Assembly (NCBI GenBank): GCA_902386555.1
Contig: CABMJJ010000009.1
Span: 25,680 to 89,679 of the forward strand
Direction of reading: 5' to 3'
Length of the DNA stretch: 64,000 nt
Origin: Candidatus Bilamarchaeum dharawalense
GTDB taxonomy: Archaea > Micrarchaeota > Micrarchaeia > Anstonellales > Bilamarchaeaceae
Shown: positions 45,117-54,107 of the stretch, one piece after another
Position numbering within the stretch: position 1 is the first letter of the stretch
Layout of the letters: the number at the start of each line of letters is the position of its first letter
Program-made: the position numbers and the translations under genes
Notes under the pieces: generated by a model
What the model saw: only the letters and a program-made list of their open reading frames with translations
Databases searched by the model: none
What the model was told of the DNA's origin: nothing

Positions 45117-46271
45117 ATGAGACAATTAGTTGCACCGCATATTAAACAGGCGATGGAAAGACCGCTAGCGATTGTACCTGCACCAGCCAAACATCCGTCT
45201 GGATTGACCATAATTAATTTTACACTTGGAGACCCTGCAAAGGTTGATCCAAAAAATTTTTCCACTCCATCACACATTCAAGCAGCCATGAGCGGATTTC
45301 GTGGGGAATATTTTCATCCAAGAGGCGCTCCACCATTACTTGAACTTCTAGGAGAGCATGAAACTAATACGGAACGTGTGCTTGCCATGAATGGTGGAAG
45401 CGAAGGAATGGAAAAACTTATAAGAACCTTAAACGGTCATATCCTTCTTCCGAGACCTTGTTTTCCGCCATATGCAGAAGGCCATGAATATCATGGAAAA
45501 CCAGTCAATATGTATCGAGTGGATTTTGAAGGAGGACCAGATCTTGAAGATATGGAAAGAAGGATTACACCAGATACGGCAGCAATTCTTGTGATAAATC
45601 CGGATAATCCAACAGGCATGGCCAATGGAAGGAAAGTTTTAGAGGCCATAATTGCACTGGCAAAAAAACATGACCTGGCAATCGTTGCTGACGAAGTTTA
45701 TCATGATCTAACATTCGATCATCCACCCCCAAGGATGAGAGAACTGACTACCGAAATTCCCATCATCGAGGTGGGAAGCTTTTCAAAGAAATATTTAATG
45801 TGTGGACATCGTTTTGGTTGGCTTGCATTTTATAATCAAACACCAGAACTGGAGGAAGCGCTATTGAAACAATGTGGTACGCGCCTTTGTGCAAATGTGC
45901 CAGCTCAGCTTGGAGCAATTGCAGCAATACAAGGCGGAACAGAGCACATAGCACCAATGATGAACGAATTAAGAATCAGAGCCAGGCTTATGGTGGATGG
46001 TGTTAGTACGATACCAAACACTAGGATAGTGGTGCCACAGGGCGGATTCTATTTCTGGTGGGGAATAACAGGAACACGATTTGAAAAAGATCTTGATTTT
46101 ACAAACGAACTTGGAAAACAGGAAGGTGTGTACATCCTTCCAGGTAGTGGATTTAGCAGAGAACAGGATAGCAGTGGCACACTTTGGTTTAGAACAGTTT
46201 TTCTATCTCCAGTGGACATCATAAGTCAGGGAATTGATAGAATTGCAAAGTTTGTCAGCGCGAATAGCTAA
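45117..46271 (+). CDS. Class I/II pyridoxal-phosphate aminotransferase
   Basis: NPDNPTG and SFSKKYLMCGHRFGW (PLP-lysine motif SxSK...G.R.G). Confidence 0.8.
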   Translation: MRQLVAPHIKQAMERPLAIVPAPAKHPSGLTIINFTLGDPAKVDPKNFSTPSHIQAAMSGFRGEYFHPRGAPPLLELLGEHETNTERVLAMNGGSEGMEKLIRTLNGHILLPRPCFPPYAEGHEYHGKPVNMYRVDFEGGPDLEDMERRITPDTAAILVINPDNPTGMANGRKVLEAIIALAKKHDLAIVADEVYHDLTFDHPPPRMRELTTEIPIIEVGSFSKKYLMCGHRFGWLAFYNQTPELEEALLKQCGTRLCANVPAQLGAIAAIQGGTEHIAPMMNELRIRARLMVDGVSTIPNTRIVVPQGGFYFWWGITGTRFEKDLDFTNELGKQEGVYILPGSGFSREQDSSGTLWFRTVFLSPVDIISQGIDRIAKFVSANS

Positions 46272-47121
46272 TTGCTTCTTTTATCAACCCAAGGACTTCG
46301 TCTGGAGCACAGAAAATACCCAATTGTTGGCCTTTGCTTTGACCATGGAAATCAGAACCACCACATTCAAGAAGATCAAAATCCATGGCAAGATGTTCTG
46401 CTTGAACAATCATTGCAATGTTTTCTTTTTCAGTTAATTTTACCTCGGAACGGTTGGTGATATAATCGTAAAATGTTTCAAGACCGTCACCGCCAAGTTT
46501 CTTAAAATCCGAAACTAGTTTTTTACTATCATAGGGATAGAGAAATGGGTGCGCAAGAAAGGCAAGACCACCAGCTCCATGAACGAGTTCTATTGCTTCT
46601 TTTAGGCTAAAACCAATATCCCTATCAAGATAGGCTTTTTTCCCTCTTCCAAGAAGTTTAGAAAAAACATCAGAAATGGAACTAAAATCATTGGGATATT
46701 TTTCCAGTAAAACTTTTGCAATGTGTGGTCTGCCCACACTTCCATCTGCTTTCTTTTTTACTTCATCAAAAGTGATTTTATAACCAAGTTCATTGAGCTT
46801 GGCAACAGTGGCTTTTTTCTGAGCCTCTCTTTCTTTCTGAAGTTGGTCTAATCGCTTAACTAGGCCAGGGTTTTTTGGATTGATATAGAGACCTATTAGG
46901 TGTATATCCAAATAACCCAATTGATGATCATATATAGAAAGCTCCACACCAGGAATTACCTCGAATTTGCTTTTTGTTTTAGGAATTTTTGCTGCACTTA
47001 GAACACAATCATGATCAGTGATTGCTATGGCTTTCAGACCAACGCTTTTGGCATGTTCAACCAGTTGTTCAAGAGTTAGAGAACCATCTGATGCATTAGT
47101 ATGGGTGTGGAGATCGATCAT
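46255..47121 (-). CDS. PHP-domain phosphoesterase (TrpH/YciV-like)
   Basis: MIDLHTHTNASDGS, ITDHD, AHP, GGSDFHG. Its 3' end overlaps the convergent aminotransferase by 17 nt. Confidence 0.75.
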   Translation of the reverse strand: MIDLHTHTNASDGSLTLEQLVEHAKSVGLKAIAITDHDCVLSAAKIPKTKSKFEVIPGVELSIYDHQLGYLDIHLIGLYINPKNPGLVKRLDQLQKEREAQKKATVAKLNELGYKITFDEVKKKADGSVGRPHIAKVLLEKYPNDFSSISDVFSKLLGRGKKAYLDRDIGFSLKEAIELVHGAGGLAFLAHPFLYPYDSKKLVSDFKKLGGDGLETFYDYITNRSEVKLTEKENIAMIVQAEHLAMDFDLLECGGSDFHGQSKGQQLGIFCAPDEVLGLIKEAISYSR

Positions 47122-47170
47122 AAACTAAATGACTAAATACCAATTTTAAATCTAATGTAGAAGTAAGAAT

Positions 47171-49732
47171 ATGGATAGATATTGGAGAATGAAAAAAGAG
47201 CAGTTGTTCTCCTCACTTATTGTTAAAGACAAAGGACTTAGCGAAAAAGAAGCTAAAACCAGACAAAATGAGTATGGTCCAAATGAGATAGAAGCAGCAG
47301 ACAAAAAAACAGCAATTAGAATTTTCATTTCACAATTTCAAAATCCGATGATCTATATCCTCATTGCTGCCACCATCTTGGCATTTTTCATGGGAGATCA
47401 GATGGAGGCATTGATTATTCTGGTAATGCTTCTGATCAATGCAGGCCTTGGATTTATACAGGAATACCGATCGGAAAAAGCACTGGAAGAACTCCGCAAA
47501 TTTGTTTCAATGACCGCCAGGGTTATTCGAAACGGACAGACATTTGAGATAAATGTCAAGGACCTGGTTCCTGGAGATATTATACTGGTTTCAATTGGGG
47601 ATATTGTTCCCGCAGATGCAAGACTCTTTGAAACCCATGAACTTGAAGCAAACGAATCACTGCTTACTGGTGAATCAAATCCAGTACAGAAAAATTCAGA
47701 AGTGATAAATAAGGATGATGCTGCAACCCATGAACTCACGAATATGGTTTTCATGGGTTCCACAATAACTGCAGGATCAGGAAAGGCAGTCGTTATTGCA
47801 ACTGGAAAACAGACCTATTTAGGGAAGAGTGCCAGAGCACTTAAAGCACCAGAAGAAGGAACGGATTTTGAAAAAAACATAAGACGCTTCGGAGCCATGC
47901 TTGTAAAGGTTATTTTAGTAATGACCGTTTTTGTCTTTATAGCAAACAGCGTTCTTGGCCATGGCATACTTGAATCGATTTTATTTGCACTGGCAATCGC
48001 AGTTGGGATAACTCCGGAATTATTACCCATAATAATTACCATAGGACTTTCACATGGGGCCAGGATTCTGGTCAAAAAGCATGTTGCCGTGAAAAGATTG
48101 GAAGCCATTGAAGATCTTGGAAATATAGACATTCTTTGTGCAGACAAAACAGGAACATTAACGGAGAATATCGTCACGCTTATACGTTATTTAGATGTGG
48201 AAGGTAAAGATGATGAAAAAGTGCTACTCTATTCCTTACTTTGTAATGCGGCAGTTGTTCACCATGGTAAAGTAAAGGGCGGAACCATAGACAGTGCAAT
48301 TTGGAGCTATGCGCTTTCACAATTTGATTTGAAGAAAATGAAGGGGTATGAGAAGAAAGATGAGATTGATTTTGACTATGAACGCAAGAGAATGAGCGTA
48401 GTTGTTGAACACAAAAAAGAATGGACCATGATTACTAAAGGAGCTCCGGAATGCACTTTGGCAGTATGTTCAAAGGTTTTCCTGGATGGAGAGGAAAAAC
48501 CAATTTCGCCCTATTATTTTAGATTGAAAAAAATGGCTGATGACTTTAACAACCAGGGCTACAGAGTTATCGGTGTTTCCTACAAAAAAGTAAAAAGCGG
48601 CAAAGATTACCACCCCAGTGACGAACATAATCTGGTTTTTATGGGGTATCTTATTTTGATGGACCCACCCAAAAAAGATGCGCTGCTAGCCCTTGACCAT
48701 TTCAAGCGAATGGGTGTTGAACTCTACGTACTCACTGGAGATAGCCCCATAGTTACCTCACATGTGTGTAACCAGGTTGGAATCAAGAATAAAAGTGGGA
48801 ATGTACTGGTAGGCGCTGATTTAGCAAAGATGACTGAACAGGAATTGCGTGCTACCGTGGAAATGAATAACATATACGCACGTCTTGCTCCAGCAGATAA
48901 ATTAGCCATTGTTAGGGCTTTGCGCGCCAATGGCCATATTGTAGGATTTATGGGGGATGGGGTAAATGACGCACCATCGCTCAAGGCAGCAGATGTTGGG
49001 ATTTCTGTTAACAATGGCACGGACATAGCTAAAGATGCTGCCAGTGTTGTTTTACTAAGAAAAAGCTTGAATGTGGTTGCCGAGGGTATATTCGAAGGCC
49101 GTAAAACCTTCTCCAACATAATTAAGTATATTGACAGTACCATAAGCGCCAATTTCGGGAATATGTTTACTCTAACCATTGCATCGTTGTTTTTACCGTT
49201 TATACCCCTTTTACCCTCTCAGATACTTTTGAATAATTTACTTTCCGATGTTCCGATGCTTACGGTTTCCACAGACAATGTGGATAAGGACGAACTCAAA
49301 AAACCAAGAAGATGGGACATTGATAGGATAAATAGATTCATGGTTTTTTTTGGTTTGATAAGCTCAGTATTCGACATTATTACCATGTTGTTTGTTTACT
49401 TCATGTTAAGTGCGGATGCTGCCTTGTTTCGAACGGTTTGGTTCCTGGAATCGGTTCTATCAGAGATATTTGTTGTTTTTGTAATCAGAACAGCTAAGCC
49501 ATTTTATCGTTCCAGAGCAAGTAATCTTTTGATAGCCACTTCGATAATTTCAACCCTGGTTGCAATAGGAATCCTGTTCTCACCATTGGCACCATTTTTT
49601 GAATTTGCACCGATTACACCAACAGTAATCGGAATTGTTTTGGGTATTGTGATTGTTTACGTTATGATAGTTGAATTTGCAAAAAGACAGTTTTACATTA
49701 GAGAGAACAATAGAAACGGAAATCACAAGTGA
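47171..49732 (+). CDS. mgtA: P-type cation-transporting ATPase, MgtA-like
   Basis: 853 aa. TGES, CADKTGTLTEN and MGDGVNDAPSLKAADVGIS. The LLNNLLSDVP segment resembles MgtA more than SERCA. Confidence 0.7.
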   Translation: MDRYWRMKKEQLFSSLIVKDKGLSEKEAKTRQNEYGPNEIEAADKKTAIRIFISQFQNPMIYILIAATILAFFMGDQMEALIILVMLLINAGLGFIQEYRSEKALEELRKFVSMTARVIRNGQTFEINVKDLVPGDIILVSIGDIVPADARLFETHELEANESLLTGESNPVQKNSEVINKDDAATHELTNMVFMGSTITAGSGKAVVIATGKQTYLGKSARALKAPEEGTDFEKNIRRFGAMLVKVILVMTVFVFIANSVLGHGILESILFALAIAVGITPELLPIIITIGLSHGARILVKKHVAVKRLEAIEDLGNIDILCADKTGTLTENIVTLIRYLDVEGKDDEKVLLYSLLCNAAVVHHGKVKGGTIDSAIWSYALSQFDLKKMKGYEKKDEIDFDYERKRMSVVVEHKKEWTMITKGAPECTLAVCSKVFLDGEEKPISPYYFRLKKMADDFNNQGYRVIGVSYKKVKSGKDYHPSDEHNLVFMGYLILMDPPKKDALLALDHFKRMGVELYVLTGDSPIVTSHVCNQVGIKNKSGNVLVGADLAKMTEQELRATVEMNNIYARLAPADKLAIVRALRANGHIVGFMGDGVNDAPSLKAADVGISVNNGTDIAKDAASVVLLRKSLNVVAEGIFEGRKTFSNIIKYIDSTISANFGNMFTLTIASLFLPFIPLLPSQILLNNLLSDVPMLTVSTDNVDKDELKKPRRWDIDRINRFMVFFGLISSVFDIITMLFVYFMLSADAALFRTVWFLESVLSEIFVVFVIRTAKPFYRSRASNLLIATSIISTLVAIGILFSPLAPFFEFAPITPTVIGIVLGIVIVYVMIVEFAKRQFYIRENNRNGNHK

Positions 49733-49775
49733 ACGATTGATTTTTAAAAGTAAGTCAGTAGAAGTTCATAACTAT

Positions 49776-50014
49776 GCCTTGGTAGTGTAGAGTTACACAG
49801 CTTATGCTGTATAACGCAACATGGTTAGCATACAAGACTGTCATCGCGCTTTTAGTAAAAGCGCGGCAAAAACTGGCTGTTGAAAAACCCTCTCGGGTTT
49901 TTGGTGAAAACCGTTTTTTGCTTCAAGCAAAAAACTAGCAAGTCGGTTTTGGGCCGCCTTTTCCCAAAAGGCGGGAGAACTCTTGCGACCCGGGTTCGAA
50001 TCCCGGCCAAGGCG
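49776..50014 (+). tRNA. tRNA-Asp(GUC) interrupted by two introns (about 49791..49821 in the D-loop; 49844..49979 at 37/38)
   Basis: Assembled by hand as exons GCCUUGGUAGUGUAG + UGGUUAGCAUACAAGACUGUCA + CUCUUGCGACCCGGGUUCGAAUCCCGGCCAAGGCG, total 72 nt. Acceptor GCCUUGG/CCAAGGC, D arm GUGU-AGUGGUUA-GCAU, anticodon stem CAAGA/UCUUG, loop CUGUCAC, T arm CCGGG-UUCGAAU-CCCGG, G73. The TTTTTAAAA box ends 26 nt upstream. Confidence 0.7.
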
Positions 50015-50062
50015 TTTATCTTCATTTGCCTAATATTAATAATCCAAATAACAAGTTTTATT

Positions 50063-51061
50063 TTAGATATTCAGTTCTCCAATCTGAAGATAGAATATAA
50101 CAACTATGAAAACTAGGTAGAGAAGTAAAAATAAAGCACCACCTAATTTTTGGAGTTTTTTATTTACTGCAGCAACATAAAGCAAAACAATATTTGCAAT
50201 TATTGCAAACAACAATGCAGCAATAAATATTGGTAGAATAATCGTGATTGGATTTATGATAGCCGCAGTACCGAGCACTAAGGTAATGTTGGTCATGGTA
50301 CTGCCAATCGCATCACCTAATGCCATTCCATATTGTTTTTTTCTAATTGCCTGAAGATCTACTGACAATTCAGGTAAAGATGTTCCGATCGCTATGATCG
50401 TAGCACCGATAAAACTTTCCGCGATATTCAGTAGTTTGGCAATTTTAACCGCAGAGTCAACCACAAAACTTGAACTTACAAGAACTAGAAGTATAGCAGC
50501 TGAAAAGATCAGGAAAGAATACATCGCCTCTTTTTTCGTAATCAGTTTGTATCCATCCCCATCTACTGTTTTTTTTCTAAGGATATACGCTATGTATAAC
50601 ACAAATAGCAGAATAAGGATTACACCTTCTAAAAATCCAAGTGCTTGATTGGTTATACTACTATTGAAGATTATATATGCCGAAATTATTGTAGTTAACA
50701 CCAGGATTATTGCAATGTCTTTTAGTTCATTTTTTCCTATCCTTATTCCGTATAAAAAGGCTCCAACACCAAGAACCAATAGAATATCGGCAATATTTGA
50801 TCCGAAAACATTTCCTGCAGCAATAGCTCCCTCACCAGCATTTGATGAAAGAACTGATACGGATAACTCTGGTAATGAAGTTGCAACAGATAGAAGGATG
50901 AATCCAATAGCAACCTGGCTTATCCCAAAAAACTTTGAGAGCTTTGTTGCATTATCAACTACCAAACTTGAGGATTTGGAGAGTATAGCAAGAGAAACCA
51001 AAAGAGTTATCGCTTCTATGAGTACCACATCAACCAACCTTCTCCTTTTCTCTCTTGGCAA
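50063..51061 (-). CDS. Ca2+/cation antiporter (CaCA family, YrbG-like)
   Basis: 332 aa. Two alpha-repeats, VATSLPELSVSV and IGTSLPELSVDL. TTG start, overlapping the upstream gene by 32 nt. Confidence 0.8.
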   Translation of the reverse strand: MPREKRRRLVDVVLIEAITLLVSLAILSKSSSLVVDNATKLSKFFGISQVAIGFILLSVATSLPELSVSVLSSNAGEGAIAAGNVFGSNIADILLVLGVGAFLYGIRIGKNELKDIAIILVLTTIISAYIIFNSSITNQALGFLEGVILILLFVLYIAYILRKKTVDGDGYKLITKKEAMYSFLIFSAAILLVLVSSSFVVDSAVKIAKLLNIAESFIGATIIAIGTSLPELSVDLQAIRKKQYGMALGDAIGSTMTNITLVLGTAAIINPITIILPIFIAALLFAIIANIVLLYVAAVNKKLQKLGGALFLLLYLVFIVVIFYLQIGELNI

Positions 51062-52364
51062 TCAATGATTGTAGGATAGGAGGGGTACATAGAGTTGTTA
51101 GTAGAGCCATGGTTGCAATAATAGAATATTCAGAAACATTCAGTATTTTTGTTGTTAATCCAATGGATGCAACAATAAGAGCAACTTCCCCTCTTGGAGA
51201 CATACCAAAACCAACAATAGCAGCTTCCAATGATTTTAATTTTGCAAGTATACCAGCTACTCCGCAACCAACGACCTTAGTCGCGATAGCCAAAACAGTC
51301 AGAATCATAATAGGAACAAAGAAATCAGCCAATGCATTTACATCCATAAGTGTTCCCAACGAAATGAAGAAAATAGGCATGAAAAGCATTTCCAACCCGT
51401 ATGTTTTTTCTTCGATTTCTGCATGGTGTTTGCTTTGGTTCAGAATGATTCCAGCCATGAATGCTCCGACTATTGCGGATAATTTGATAAATTCTGCAAA
51501 ATAAGCGTAAAACAGTACGAATGCTAAAATCAACATAAATCTTTTCGGACTCATTTCTGCTTTATCCAAATATTCGATAAAGTATTTCCCTGTTAATACA
51601 CTTCCAAGAAGGAACACGATCGCAGTGAGGAGTGTTACAGCTAATGATCCCGCCACATTTTCTCCGCTACCCCCAGTTATATTTATTACAAAAGATAAAA
51701 CTAACAAACCTAGGATATCATCTAAAACTGCAGCTCCAATAATGATTTCCGCAAATCTTTCCTTTAGAAGTTTGAATTCTTTTAGAATTGCGACTGTTAC
51801 CCCGACTGACGTTGCTGTTAATGCTGCAGCAACAAACATAGAATACGCAAAGCTTCCGCCTGCATAACTTGCATATAGATACCCAACTGCAAATGGTAAC
51901 ACCACACCGGCAATTGCAACGATTAGATTGTCAAGGGCAAAAATGCGTTCAATTTTATTATGCATCCCAACTTTGAACAGTAAGATAACGGCCCCTAATT
52001 GTGCGAACACGGTTAGGATAGTTTCCAGTCTTAGAATGTCCGGAGGATTGGTAGGAAGATTAAACGGAAGATTTAGGGAATGTAGAAACCCCCAAGAAAG
52101 TTGTAGGAAGCCTGGGCTCATTAAAAGCCCTAAAATCATAAGAATCATAACTGATGGCTGTTTGGTATATGTTACTAGCAGCTCACCAGCTACTGCGAGC
52201 AATAGTAAAAAGACAATCTCAAAATAGATGTGTTTTTCGCCTTCAACTTCGCCAAAAAGACTAGTTCTGACAACTGAGATAGTTAGTAGAATAAATACTC
52301 CAAGTACTAGTAGTGCTATCCAGGGTATTACTTTTTCCACTGATTTTTTGTCCATACTCACCAA
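51030..52364 (-). CDS. Cation:proton antiporter (Na+/H+ exchanger family, CPA2-like)
   Basis: 444 aa, about 12 TM, with typical Na_H_Exchanger helices. Confidence 0.7.
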   Translation of the reverse strand: MVSMDKKSVEKVIPWIALLVLGVFILLTISVVRTSLFGEVEGEKHIYFEIVFLLLLAVAGELLVTYTKQPSVMILMILGLLMSPGFLQLSWGFLHSLNLPFNLPTNPPDILRLETILTVFAQLGAVILLFKVGMHNKIERIFALDNLIVAIAGVVLPFAVGYLYASYAGGSFAYSMFVAAALTATSVGVTVAILKEFKLLKERFAEIIIGAAVLDDILGLLVLSFVINITGGSGENVAGSLAVTLLTAIVFLLGSVLTGKYFIEYLDKAEMSPKRFMLILAFVLFYAYFAEFIKLSAIVGAFMAGIILNQSKHHAEIEEKTYGLEMLFMPIFFISLGTLMDVNALADFFVPIMILTVLAIATKVVGCGVAGILAKLKSLEAAIVGFGMSPRGEVALIVASIGLTTKILNVSEYSIIATMALLTTLCTPPILQSLIAKREKEKVG

Positions 52365-52431
52365 CCATAGATTCTCTTACAAACACCCTCAACAGATATA
52401 AACTAATCCAAAGTATTTGACTTATCTGAGG

Positions 52432-52635
52432 TTATAATATCTCGATATCGTAACCGGCCGATTTAAGCATCTTCTTGCCTTTTTCTGGGTCAGAAACTGT
52501 GAGGGTTATTATTGCATGAGTTCCGTTCAAATTTACTTCTGCCGAATTTACGACAATATCGGCATTTTCAAGTATATTCATTACATTTACTAATAATCCA
52601 ATCTGATCTTTTTTAATGAGTCTTATCCTATTCAT
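52432..52635 (-). CDS. Stand-alone ACT-domain protein
   Basis: 67 aa. KKDQIGLLVNVMNILENADIVVNSAEV...AIITLTV has a beta-alpha-beta-beta-alpha-beta ACT pattern. Confidence 0.5.
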   Translation of the reverse strand: MNRIRLIKKDQIGLLVNVMNILENADIVVNSAEVNLNGTHAIITLTVSDPEKGKKMLKSAGYDIEIL

Positions 52636-52641
52636 TAATGT

Positions 52642-54015
52642 TCATTCCTCCAAGTCAATTGCTAATTCAGAATCAAGTAGCTGATCAACTTCAATTTCTA
52701 ATTCGTCACAGCCTCGCAGAGCGAATTCTCGAGCAAATGTTTCATCAAGTTTTTCCGAAATAATATGGCCCTCTTTTTTTACGTATTCTAGGATTTCATC
52801 GGATTTTGTTTTTCTGTTTGCCAGCATTTTATTCAAACGATCGATACTGGGATCTTTTTTCATGGGCACTTCTTTCATGGCAATGGCAGTGAGATTTTTT
52901 GTATAACGATAAACTTCGTCATCTTGCATACCGTATAATGCAGATTTATATTGGAGAACTTCGCTCAGATAGCCATAGGGAGGCACATGAACGATCTGAT
53001 CTTCGATCTTAAACGGCTCTTTGATTCCTATATCTGATGGTCGTATAATCAATTCGTCTCTTCTGACTTTATTGAGAAAATATTTGATTAGGAGACTTGT
53101 ACCAATAATATTTGAAGGAAGATTCATATCCATACCTCGATATTCTATAGTACCCGCGCGATTAATTCTGACCGGCCCCCAATTGAATTGAAGTGGGTGT
53201 TTGGATTCTACAATATCTATATATTCTGGGTGTCTCTCCTCAACCATCTCTTTCCAAGTATTATGCCTTCTTTCTATAAGCAATATCAAATCTGAAATTG
53301 TTGCTTTATATCGCGGCAATCTGCCGAACATAGGATAATCGTAGTAAAGCCCACGTATCATTTTCGATCCGGTTCCTGTTCGCATTGCACGATAGAGAAA
53401 TAATCGAGAATCATTTGCCGTGAATACTCCGTCAACAAAGGGAGATGATTCCATAAAATTTGATACTGCAGGATCCATTGCAATTGCAGAGTTGTATAGA
53501 TTTAGCAACTGTTCTTTATATCTTGAATTAAAAAGATGCTTCAAACTTTTATTTTGTTGATTGAAAGTCCCATATGGGAGGGTATAATGTAGATGAAATC
53601 CCATGACCCTGCCGGTGGACATCGTATACTTTTCAGGCCCAAGTATGTCTTCGCACATACGATAATACCGGTCTGTTCTAGTAGTGGGTACGTGTGTTCC
53701 AGTATAAGTGCCGTAAGGGTATAATCTAAGTCCCAGATCTTTTGCAATATTAATGAGTTTTTTTGCACTCTGAAGCCAACCGTGTGCCACTTTTGTAAGC
53801 TTAACATTTGGAGCACTTGAGATTTCGACCATATTGTGCGCGTACTCTTTATGGACTGGGTATGGAAGTTTTGCTTGTTCCGCTTTCTCAATAAGTTCAT
53901 CTGCAAGAGAAGAAATTGCCCCATTTTCTTCAAGAATTAGCATTTCGGTTTCAAAACCAACAAGGTGTGTCTTACGCAGTTTTGTTTCACTAGGTTTTGA
54001 ATTTTTTTTACTCAT
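52642..54015 (-). CDS. Carboxylate-amine ligase / glutamate-cysteine ligase family 2 protein
   Basis: 457 aa. LVGFETEMLILE, NMVEISSAP, GFHLHYTLP, SSPFVDG and GTIEYRGMDMNLPS parallel the YbdK/GCS2 motifs. Confidence 0.65.
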   Translation of the reverse strand: MSKKNSKPSETKLRKTHLVGFETEMLILEENGAISSLADELIEKAEQAKLPYPVHKEYAHNMVEISSAPNVKLTKVAHGWLQSAKKLINIAKDLGLRLYPYGTYTGTHVPTTRTDRYYRMCEDILGPEKYTMSTGRVMGFHLHYTLPYGTFNQQNKSLKHLFNSRYKEQLLNLYNSAIAMDPAVSNFMESSPFVDGVFTANDSRLFLYRAMRTGTGSKMIRGLYYDYPMFGRLPRYKATISDLILLIERRHNTWKEMVEERHPEYIDIVESKHPLQFNWGPVRINRAGTIEYRGMDMNLPSNIIGTSLLIKYFLNKVRRDELIIRPSDIGIKEPFKIEDQIVHVPPYGYLSEVLQYKSALYGMQDDEVYRYTKNLTAIAMKEVPMKKDPSIDRLNKMLANRKTKSDEILEYVKKEGHIISEKLDETFAREFALRGCDELEIEVDQLLDSELAIDLEE

Positions 54016-54052
54016 GTGCTAATATCTCACGCCGAATATATTAACTAACACG

Positions 54053-54091
54053 TTCCACGATCGACGTAAAATCATTCCACGATTGTGGAAT
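54053..54091 (-). promoter_or_regulatory. Direct repeat TTCCACGAT x2 and a 7-bp hairpin upstream of the ligase gene
   Basis: TTCCACGAT occurs at 54053-54061 and 54075-54083. The second copy lies within ATTCCAC-GATT-GTGGAAT (54074-54091). A minus-strand TATA-like TTAATATATT is at about 54034-54044. Confidence 0.35.
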
Positions 54092-54107
54092 TTTTGATTA
54101 ATGTTAG

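Noticed and set aside
49785-49798. Alternative D-arm for tRNA-Asp using GUGU/ACAC without a D-loop intron
   Set aside because: It gives a 6-nt D-loop lacking the conserved GG. It also leaves about 34 unexplained nt before the anticodon stem. The two-intron model instead yields a D arm (GUGU-AGUGGUUA-GCAU) like known archaeal tRNA-Asp.
49880-50116. 78-aa plus-strand ORF from the track
   Set aside because: It lies inside the tRNA-Asp intron and 3' exon and reads through the hairpin array. The tRNA fold explains the sequence better.
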